Shown: in pieces, positions 42,701 to 54,700 of the stretch | Numbering within the stretch: the stretch's first letter is position 1 | Layout of the letters: each line of letters opens with the position of its first letter | Source: Perna viridis | Lineage: Eukaryota | Assembly: GCA_037379345.1 (NCBI GenBank) | Contig: CM074517.1 | Span: forward strand, 2,542,001 to 2,606,000 | DNA: 64,000 bases | Reading direction: 5' to 3' | Made by a program: the position numbers and the translations under genes | Notes under the pieces: generated by a model | Database searches by the model: none | Told to the model about the DNA's origin: nothing | What the model saw: only the letters and a program-made list of their open reading frames with translations

Positions 42701-45700
42701 TTTTCGCATATATCTCCAAAACTGTTAAGTTTAGCTAAATTCTGACATGGGTGAAAGTTTTCAGCATGATGAGATCTATTTGTGGTCAAATTTTCATTTT
42801 AAACCATTAAGCCTTGTTATTTCTTTCAAAAATCTTCTCCTCTGACACTACTTTACCAATTGAAACCAAACTTTGTATAAATGTTCCTTGGGGTATCCTG
42901 CATAGATCTGGTATGGGGATTTTTGATCCGTCGAAAAACATGGCTGCCGTTACTAAAAGTAGAACATAGGGGTCAGATAGTAGTTTTTCGCATATATCTC
43001 TAAAACCATTAGGTTTAGCTAAATTCTTTCAGTAGCTGAAATGATCCTTATTTTTAGGACTACAAAAATCTTCAGACATAAAAGTTGTCAGACAACTTCT
43101 TATGAGAATTATTGCCCTTTTTTTTTTACAGTTTTCAGTCAATATCTTGAAAACTTTGATAGATAGAAAGAAACTTTCAAATGCAGAAATGATCCTTATG
43201 ATAAGTCTTACCAAAGTCTTCTTGAGTTAAAGTTGTTGGACAACTTCTTGTTAAATTTATTGCCCTTGAAAGTCAGAATTCAACCAGGTGAGCGATTCAG
43301 GCTCCTCGGAGCCTTTTGTTTAAATCAAAAACTCCCTTTGACAATTTGAAAGTCAAATTTTTAAGTTTTCTTTGGTTCAGTTTGGGGGACTTTTATCTAT
43401 TTTATATTTAGGATAGAAGTGAACAATTCACATTTGTATATTCAAAATATCTTTGTAGCAATTTGATTGAAATTTAATTTTTACTAAACTAGGATTACTG
43501 AGTCTTTTCTACCTATTTTGAAATAAGAATATTTATGATAGCTAATGTATCATTCAAATGAGGTTCACTGGAGAAATTTGTGAATTGTTTAATTTAATTT
43601 ACATGTTTAATCCTTATTTTATTATAGGTGAGAGTGCATTACATTTTGCCATTGTAAATGAAGACCCTGCAATGGTAAAATTTCTACTTGATCATGGTGC
43701 TGATTATCATCAGAGAGCTACAGGCAACTTCTTTAATCCTGATGACCAGAAAGAATCCAGGACTGACTCCTTAGAACATGAATGGGTGGATCTTTGTGAG
43801 AAAACCAATTTTAGAGGGTATTACATCTAACTCAAAGTACTAAAATGATATGACATATTTAGTATCCAATTATGGCTCTAAAATTTTAAACATAAGTAAG
43901 GCCAAGATAAAAAAAATGTGTCTGTGTAAGGTGACATTCTTAAAAAAAATATGATAGCTAGGTTTGCATTTTCATTTTCTAATTTTTTTAGGCACTTTTA
44001 CTTCAACCAAATTATTAGTCTCTGAGTGTTTTTTTTAATGGACATGTTAATAATATCTTCATATGTATTAGTAATAACTATATTTAGGGCTTCCGTTACG
44101 ACTTGGTTGACCATACACATTGAAGAATGCAAAAAGCCATGTTTTCTCAAACGGCAGAAACACTTTGACAAACTGTACTTTCGTTTTTTTCCAATTATCA
44201 TTTTTTATTTTTAGTTATTTGATAAAATGGCTTAAGGTTGGGGCAGAAATATAGGGTAAGTCCGGTAAATGTAAACAGACATATTTTTTTCTTTGCCTAA
44301 GGACAGAGAGCAATGTCAAACTGCACTATGTATATGTATCTTAGTTGTCTGCTGATCTACAGTAGACTTTGCAAACTTCTTATGCATCCTATGTTATATG
44401 TATAGACTATTCTTATCTTGATTGATTTATTTTAGCCATGTATATTTTGGAGAGTATCCATTAAGCTTTGCTGCCTGCCTGGACCAAGAAGAGTGTGTTC
44501 GTCTAATGTTGGCAAAGGGAGCTAATCCTAACCTACAGGACACTAATGGCAATACTGTTATGCACATGCTTGTTATACATGATAAGAAGGTATGTCTCTC
44601 TAAATACGTTTGTTCTGTCCATTTTAGAATTTTTTTCTTCAGATTGTCACTATCTATAGATATTTAACAGCTCTATTACATATTCTAATATGCATGTCTT
44701 AATAGTTTTAATGGTTAATAAGTCTGTTATAAAAACAAGCTAAAACTGCATTTACAGGTTGAAGTACAGTACTGTATTTTCAGGACTATAAATCAATATT
44801 TTTTATTCAAAATTTTGAGTAAACTGCAATCAATGAAAGCTGTCACTCAAACAGTCAAACTGGCGATTGAACTCGAAGATTATTGATCAGTGCCACTATC
44901 CTTTATGAATGAATACGAAGATGCTAATAAAAACGTTAAAATATATAAGCAAACTTCCGAAGATATGTTAACAAAACTCTTTTTTTTACTGGTAAGACAT
45001 TATCAAGTCTTCCAGAGTTTTCGGTCCTTTAATATGCAAATTTATACCCATTTATGTTATGTCGTTTCACATTTACATGTGGCTCAAATTATTATCAGTT
45101 AAAGTGTTATCTAAATGGCTAATTGCAACCAAATTTAAAGGTAAAAATGTTCGTTTTTGTATTTATACATTAATTACTGCTCGTAATTATGACCTATGCA
45201 TCAAGCTAATTTCCTGCTAAATTTACACCTTGGTGCCCACGCTTGACATGTTTTACTATTTCGTACACCTGATGATCTAAGGCTTCAGAGTAATTGGCAT
45301 GGAATTCAATAAAAATCATTAAACTCACAAAGTACACCTTAACAAAAAAAACAAATATTCATTTCATTCAGAAATACTATACGTAGTAACATTGCTGGAA
45401 TAATATGCTGTGAAAAACAAACCACTCTACTTGTATCTCCGCTGACACTTATGATATAGATGCACATGTTTGGTCTGACCCTCAACTTATCTGGCAAATT
45501 CGACTTATCTATGGTTTTTTTTTGTTGATTTTGGTCAAAATTAGGCATTTCAACTTACACTCCACATTGACTTATAGTCTGGAAAATACAGGAAATATAA
45601 TCAGGCTTGAAAGAAATGATATTTTTTTTTTAAATATAGTTAAACTTGGCAAGAATTAAGTTTCTTGTAAGACAGTAATGGATGGATATAAAGGAATGTA

Positions 45701-48700
45701 CAAACTCCAGGAAGGACTTATCTGAAGTTAAATAGATTCAGTAAATTCAAGCCATAGCTTTTCCGTAGTTCTTTCTATGGTTTTCTTTTGATTGATATAA
45801 GCTACTAAAAATTTGTTATTTTGATTGATATAAGCTATTAAAAATTTGTTATTTTGATTGATATAAGCTATTAAAAATTCGTTATTTTGATTGATATAAG
45901 CTATTAAAAATTTGTGATTTTCTGCCTTGAAATCTTCAAAAATATTATCCAAGTAATATTTGATAATTTATTTTATCTTTAATATAATCGGAAATGTAGA
46001 TATTAAAACTACATTGTCATATTATTGTTGTAGTATTGCTTGCCTTATATCTGTTCAGATATTTAAAAATATCCATAAATTTGATTTCATAACAATGCAT
46101 GTGAAATATGTTAGAAAATTGGTAAAAAAAAAGACTTTTCACTTTAGTGTATGCAACTAATATTCATCACAATACATGTACTTCATGTACTACATGTACT
46201 TGTATTTGAGATATATATATATTTCTGTATGAATATTTTTTTTATTTCTGTATGAATATATATATATACAATTCACTTTTTTGTGCCTTTCTGGGATTGC
46301 AGCATTCTCCAAAAAAGGTTTGATGTTTGCAATTTGTACCTTTGTGCACCTTCTGTGTATAAATATTGTGTAATTAGAATTATGTGTGTTGTATATTACA
46401 GCTAGAATTTGCATTCACTGAAATTTCTGAACAAGAATCCCTCCATACTAAAAAATGATGCATCATTTGCTACTAAGATCACAAATATATATATGCCATT
46501 GTTAAATACTCTCTAGTTAATATTCAGAAGGAGTAAATAAATTTGCACTAGATTTTTTAATCACTGGGGGAGATTAGATTTCCAAATCAGTCCACCAGTC
46601 TTGGGGAGATTAGATTTCCAAATCAGTCCACCAGTTTATGAGACAATTCTTCTTCAGCCGAGTCTTTATTCAAAATTTTTTTCTCTCAAGTGCCAATGAT
46701 AGATTTTAACTTGCTCTATGAAGCTTTTTAGTTGAATTTTTTAAACATTTATTTTTTATTTTATTATTTGTTTAGGCGAATTGATTTAAATTACTGCTTC
46801 ATTTAGAAGAATTTATCTGTCCTATCCCAGACTGCAGTACTGCTATAATTTGCCTATACCCCTGCTTAGTCTTTAGCCACAAATTTAACCTTTTATGTAT
46901 TGTTATATTTTGCTGCATTTGCCAAGGAAACTATTCCCTGTAATTTATGGGTATTTATATAATTTTGAAATAACATATTTTAGTGTATTATTGTAGTTAC
47001 AGTTATGATGGGTTGCTGGGCTAGTTAATACATGTAGTAATGTGGTATACAATAGGAAGTTTAATGGAATTTATGTAACTTTCAGCAACTACATAATTAC
47101 ATATTTTTATCTAAGTTAATGGAAATCTAGCACTCTGCGTAGTTTTCATTTTAGTGAAAAAGTTTCGTCTTGTTTTATTAAGAAAATAACATTGTAAAAT
47201 TATTTTTACTTTATTTCTTTACAAATATATATGGTGTTACATGTTGAGGTAATGATACATTATTATTAACAAACAATTTCAAGTCATTCTTTGTCAATAA
47301 CATTAAACAATTTCTTCACAGGAAATGTTTGATTTGTTGTTACAAATGGGAGCCAAGTTGGACATAAAGAACAGACAAGGATTAACTCCCTTGACTCTTT
47401 CAGCCATGCTACCCAGAAAGGATGTAAGTAAATAATGCATGATGGTTTCACTTCCTTGACTCTTACTGCCATCCTATGCAGAAAAGATGTAAGTAAATAA
47501 CACATGATGGTCTCACTTCCGTGACTCTTTTTACCATCCTGTGCAGAAAAGATGTAAGTAAATAACATGATGGTTTCACTCCCCCGACTCTTAACTGATT
47601 CTATGCCGAAAAGATGTAGTTAATAACACACGATGGTTTCATTCCTGTGACTGTTTCTACCATCCTATGTAGAAATGATGTAAGTAAACAACACATGATG
47701 GTTTCACTCCTGTGACTCTTTCTGCCATCCTGTGCAGAAAGGATGTAAGTAAATAGCACTGATTGGTTTCATTCTTTTGGTTAGGAACTCAGTGGAGAGA
47801 AGTTATATTTATATTGTCAACATCTTCAGATTTGCAATTAATTTTGGTCAGTTTCAACAAGTAAAGCATAATTTTCACATACTTGATCGCAATCCCAACA
47901 CTTAGCACCATACACTTAACTTATTTCTGACAGTACCTTTTGTTTCTAACACCTAATCATACTACTGCTAAACCAGATGTTCAGAAAGTGTTGATATTGA
48001 ATATGTAAACTTGTTTTACTGTTGCTATATTTGTTTTTATCTAATTTGGTAAAATTTTCATGACCTGCCCTTTCTGACCTGATTTCTACTTCAACATTTG
48101 TTTGTATCTTAGATGGTAAAATGTTCACAACTTGACCTTTCTGACCAGATTTCTATTTCAATATTTGTACATTCTCATCTATCATATTTTTTCATTATGT
48201 TTATAAGAATAGTACTTCTGTTTACTTCAATAACTGTTTGCTTTATATAGTGAAACTTCTCCAAACTGGACCTTCAGAAAACTGGTCTTCCCTTCAAACC
48301 AGCTGTTTTCAAAATTCCCGGCCAATATACCTTAAAACCTGTGTGTTTTGTCTTCAATAGACCGGCCACCCTCATAAACCGTACATTGGCTGGTTTTTCA
48401 CACTTTTAGTTACATATTTCAAATAAAAACAACCTCTCAATTCCGGCCGCCCGGTTATTGTTCACCTGTAATAAATATGTCAACAAAACTTTAAATGATT
48501 ACGTAATATTATGCAATTAATAATTCATTTACTGATCAGTTTGCATTTCATCAGTAGACAGATGATAATTGAACAGGACAGTAGTTAAAACAACAAATTT
48601 ATATAGACATTACATTTTATTACTGGTTGGCTGTTAATTGGTGTGTACACACATCAGGCAACCGGGTTCATTTAATTGTACGATCTATACGATCTTTTAA

Positions 48701-51700
48701 CTGTCAATTTATGTGACCTGAACCCAAGCCAAAACAACACAGGGGTGAAATTATTAGACTTTGTTGATAGATAATTTATGAAAAGGAATACAAATAATTA
48801 ATTACCATCAATAGCCCTTTGATCTTTAATACACATTTTTTCAAAACCGTGAACATTATTTTGTCGGCAGTACCATTTGGAAAATCAAATCATTTATTGA
48901 TGCAAGCTTTGAAATGTAATAAAAGGCCAAAAGTTATGAATTGGCATTAAACATGTCTCAACCAACAAACTGACAAGGTGTAGGGTTATAGAACACATTA
49001 ATGGAAACAGCTCTTAGAATGCATTGCTATTTTTCACAAAACTGGCCTCCCTTATAAACCAGCCATTTTTTTCTTGTCCCAGTGGTGGCCGGTTTGGAGA
49101 AGTTTCGCTGTATTAGAAATATCAATAAATTAAAATTTCATTATATACAAAAAATTACCTATACATGTAGTAAAAGAAAATACAATTATAAAACATGCAA
49201 GAATTTATTGCAGTGAGATTTTTTTTAAGTCTGGCTAATGCTATGAAACTTTGTTTTAGATGTATGAACACATTTTAGAGAAGGTTAGACAAGTTGTATG
49301 GATATATGGTAATGTGACATGTGCTGGTTATCCATTGAAGTATATAGATACTATATCAGAGACAGGAGAAATTAATAAAGACTCTGTACTCAGTCTGGTT
49401 GTTTATGGGGTAAGTACTGGCAACTGTACCAGTAATAAAAAAAAGATTTTGTACCCTTATTTGATGTGTTGATAAATATGTATTTGAAGATACATTTCTA
49501 TGACTTTTAAGTTTAAACTTTTTGTGAATTTTTGAGTGGAACTGAATTTTCAAGCAGATTATGTGCAAATGTGTGTCACCTTAACAACTTGTGAAATCTT
49601 GAACAGAATGTGACAATTTACATGTGAATTCTCAGATGCCTTTTGTTAGAGTGTCAAGTAATAGAATAGGCCATATATGCCTTTCTGTCTCAGGAAGAAG
49701 AAAGCCATCTAAGTATGATGGATGGATTAGTTGTTAATCTACTGAAGGAGAAGTGGATTACATTTGCCAGATTTAGGTAATGAGCTATTTTTTTAGTAGT
49801 CTTTATTTTTGTGAAAACTTTATGGTCTTGTCTCATTGCTTGAAAAATTATTTAAGTATTAAAAAATATTGGTGGTGTTTTTTTCTTGTTGCAAACATGC
49901 CAGTTTTGATACCTAATCTATTTTCCATTTGCAACAGGCATCAAATTTTGTTTACACACTCACTTGGCACAAGGGAAAAATGTCCATCTGTTTTCCACAT
50001 ACAAAACTTGAGTACACAAGGTTAGAAGTCATTAAAGGCCAAATCCTTTTCAGTATAGTTCACATTTACATTCACACAGTGATTGAACTCCTTTTGTTAA
50101 CATGTATCATACATGATGTGTTCAAATTGATATTCTGTTTTTTTACAGATTTTACAGAAGATTTCTGGCTTTTATTGCCTATTTTATTGTATTCCTGGTT
50201 GCCTTTGCCCTTAGGCCTGGGGTAGATAAATGTCCAGGAACTGAACAGACCTATAACCTTACAGGGAATGGCCTAAATAACACAACTACTCCTGCTGCTG
50301 ATCCCTGCTTTCTACTGAAGGCTTGTAGTTATCATGACAAGGTAACAATTAGTTATCTACCCCTTGTGATTTCTTGGTATCATACTTGCCTGAAGTGCTT
50401 CCGGTTGTGGATTTGATCCCCAGTTAAGTCACACCAAAGACTTCCCATATCTGCCATATGAAGTTAAACCAAAATCAGTGGATTAATCGACCTAATTTAG
50501 GGAGATTAATTGATTGTTCAAAGTTCAAATTAGAGAAGTATAAATATAGTGTATGTAAAAAACACTATTTTTATATTTCTCTAATTTGAACTTTGAATAC
50601 ACATGCATTTTAGAGGAAAAAAATAAGCAGTTAATGTAAGTGATAGGGTATTTTCTAAATTAAACATATTAATGCATGTATTTTGAATAATTCTGGATAT
50701 AGCATCACAAAACTTTAAAAATTACTTAAGGTCTGAAAATTAGTAACTGTTTGTAATGTCATCAGTTTCAAATACTCTGAAGTTACCATGGAAGTTAAGA
50801 ATATTTTCAGATTTAAGTATTTTTAAAGTTTTGTGGCACCCAGGCCTGTTCTTGACAACTTGATATATGTTATAGGTTTAAGTATATGTACTTAACTAGA
50901 GACAGAAGAATAATCTCGCATTAAATAATGCAGATAAAGTAATTATTGTCCCCAACTGCTTCGTGGACGGGGAAATAGTTATACCAGTGTCCATCCATCC
51001 ATGGAAGTAACTACTCAGAAATTGCTTGAAGGAATTTTTTTCAAATTTTGTAGGATTGTTACCAGTAGTCACCATTTGTAGTTAATAATATTAAATTTGA
51101 CAAATTTTACAGATGTTATTGGACTTTTGCCCTTCAATTTTTTTTTTACAACAGAGTCGGAAAATTTACCACCTGCAAAAAAATACTTTTATGGTATTAT
51201 ATAGATAATTGCAAGTTATCTACAGCGTGCAATAATTTGTATTGTATTCAAATATGAATATTTGTCCATTTTTTTTTCAGATCCGTTGGGCATTAGAAGT
51301 AATAGTTTTACTATCATCTATTGTATACATCTATCTAGCCATGAAAGAGATATACCATCAGGGATTCAACATTTTTTTCACAACACTTGTAAGCTTGTAT
51401 TCTTTTTGAAGAATTATAAATACAAAGACAATCATATATATTATTAACACTAAATAACGTGCATTATTTCCAAGTGTATACCACAGGTATTTATGTTATT
51501 TAAAAAAAAGAACAAAAATATTAATGTACAGTCAAAATGAGTCAATCCTTGATTAACTTCAAGTATCTTAGTATCAGTATAACCAGTATGTTATCAATAA
51601 CCATTGGTGACACCACCGTCACATGGCAAAATGTTTATCCATGTTTATTAAATTATCAACCAAAAGTGGTATTGACAACAGACTCTTTACACAACAACAA

Positions 51701-54700
51701 GTAAGCTGATTACAAGCATTTCAAAGGTATTGTGAACATATTAGTTCTAAACTTACATGTATGTTAAATTGTCATAGAGAAATAGCCAAAAGAAGTGAAA
51801 ACACAAATTACAAGGTACAGTATAAACTGAATATTTGATGTAAAGCTCTCTATTCTGCTAATATTATTTATATGTAACTGTTACCATTATATTTATAACA
51901 TCTTCTTGGTGTGTTATAAAGTGATTCCCCCTCTTCATCTGTTCAACTTTGGGTATCTTTACAGAGCGGTGCTCCTATGAAGGCTCTATTTCTGCTGTCA
52001 TGTGTATGTGTGGTGTTAATGTTACCTGGTAGAGCTACATGTTCTACTAAGTATGAGGACCATGTTGCTGTGTTAGCTATATTGGGTACGGCTCCGTACT
52101 TCTTGTTTTTCTGCAGGTATGTTGACATTACATAATATATTGTTCTCTAATCACATAATAGAATAGCTTGGTAATAGGAAAAAATGACACTAAGAATAGT
52201 TGTATTAACTGTCCATCCATATTACATTAACATAATATTATTTTTTTTCCAACCATGCATACTTGTGTACTGTAAACCATGAAATTTTCGTGGCAGTTTT
52301 ATTTATTTAATCTGTCACGAATATTTTCTTTGAGGAACATTACAGTTCAACTTGATGAACAATCCCGAATTTAAAACTTTGCAAAAGCAGATTTATGGCA
52401 GAAATCATCAAAAAAAAAATGTGGTGCAAAAATTTTCTAGTTTACAGTATGTCTATTCGATTATTTTTCTTGCCTAAATTTCTACAATTCTTTAAAATTT
52501 GCATTCAGCATCAGCTTGTTTCCTTGTACTGTGTGTATTTTTTTTCAGCTGAAATGAACTTTTTTTATTATGCCCTGCGACAAGCTGTCAAGGGCATATT
52601 GATTTACCCCTGTCCGTTCAGATTATACATGATCATGGCTTTTCCGACTATCTCCTTGTACAGTTTTTGAACTACATCTAAAATATTTTACAAGATATTT
52701 CTACACATGATGAAGGTGTGCAGGGCCAAAAGATTTTGATTTATATGATATATTGCGGAAATTGGTGAAAGTTAGACTTAGTTATTTTCTTCAGAAATAG
52801 GGCTATATGGCTTGTATGGCTATCTCCTCCTGTAGTTTTTGAACTGTATCTAAAATATTTTTTGCAGGATGTTTCTACACATAATGATGGTGTGCAAGGT
52901 CATAGGATCTTGATTTTCATGAAATATTACTGGGTGATAGTTGGACTCTGGAATATTAAGGAACTGGGTGATAGTTAGACTTTGTAATTTTTGTCAGAAA
53001 TATATTCAAAAAAGTTAAGGATTTGTTATTGGGAGTATTAAAATTTCTGATGTGTCTGTCAGTCGTTCCATCGGTCCTCTTTTTCTCATTGCAACTAGTC
53101 TGATACTACCAAACAGAATTTCATGACACTATGTGGCCAGAATACTATTTGTAGATATGCATATATTTAGGAATTTTTTATTCCCAAATTGATCCCCAGA
53201 CCATGAGTAACACAAGTCTTGGAAGGATTTCTGAATCTGCAAACCATCTCTTCATACAAAAATAAACATGTTCCTAATTTCGCAAATCTAGCAAGCGGGG
53301 GCATCATTAGTGTCTTACAGACACATTTGATATCACTACTAACAAATGATGGGGGGGGGGCTTCTGTGATAAACAGGGTTTCTAGTTGCTTTTGATTTTG
53401 TACATTTTTGTCACAAAAAAATTCATCAAACCTTCATCAGAATGATTTTAAATATGGTTATGGTTTGTACCATGTGTAAACTTTATTCAACATGATTATG
53501 CTTCTATTTCCAAAACGTCTTTGTTTCCTTTTAAAGTTTTTTTTTTTTTAAATTTCATTTCACTGATCTTGGCAATTCTTCATGGTAGTGATTCATAATT
53601 TGGTTTACAGTTTCAGCTTGATGGGTTGTAATATGTCAAAATTTTGGCTTGGGTGCATTAATTTCTGTTTGCTATAATATTTTATTATTATTTTAGGGTT
53701 ACATAAATGTTCATCTCCTTTAATTCTAACTCTCCAATCTTTTATGGGAAAGGTTTTGATGTGATTATAGATACATGTATTTTGTTCTCTGTGTGAGCTT
53801 TTTGGCTTGGTTGGTATTAACTTCCTGTCTGTCATAACATTTGTGCCAAATCTCATCAATCCTCCATCAAAGATTTTTCCACTTTCACTGTTTTGTCAAA
53901 TCCTGAAATACAACTTTGATACATTTAGTAATATAATCAATGATGGGATTCACAATAAATTTTATAAAATCTCAGAGTTGATGTATTTTTATTTTTTTTT
54001 ATTATTTTTTTTGTTTTCAGAGGTTTTCGTATCCTTGGACCCTTTGTTGTCATGATCTATAAGATGGTAAAGGGAGACTTGCTGAGATTTTTCATCATTT
54101 ATATTGTATTTATTGTTGGATTTTCACAGTGTAAGTATCTATTTGTCCTGTCAGTTGATAGAGGAATGTCAATGAAGGACTGGTACTGTCATGGTAATGG
54201 TATTTATATAACATATGTTTGGTATTATCTACAATAATTGCTCAGTGATTTAATTACCTCACTTAAGATGACAAGGTGTATATATATTGGAATCACCTTG
54301 TCTGTCAGTCTATACATCATTTAATTTGGCTGCAATTTCATCACAATTATCCCCACTCCCAATGAACAGATTGATTTCAAATTCAATACATGGCTTTTTT
54401 TTTAGATGGGGCATATATTACAAGCCATTTTGGTTGCTGTCTGATATCAAGTTCCTTTTTTGCGGCTAGTGGGGCGTACCTAGCAGCACCTAGCACAATA
54501 ATATGTGTAACATTTTTTAAACCCCATGCAAACAAGTTTTGGAAGATTTCCCCTTTGTACTTTTGGCTGTCCTTTCTATCAGTCTTTATATTTTGTTTCT
54601 CACAACTTTGAAGTATTTTGAATGTTAAAATGATGGTTTGCATGCCCATTAGATAATTTAGTGAAGACTGGTAAAAGCATGCTAGATATTGGTTCTGTTT

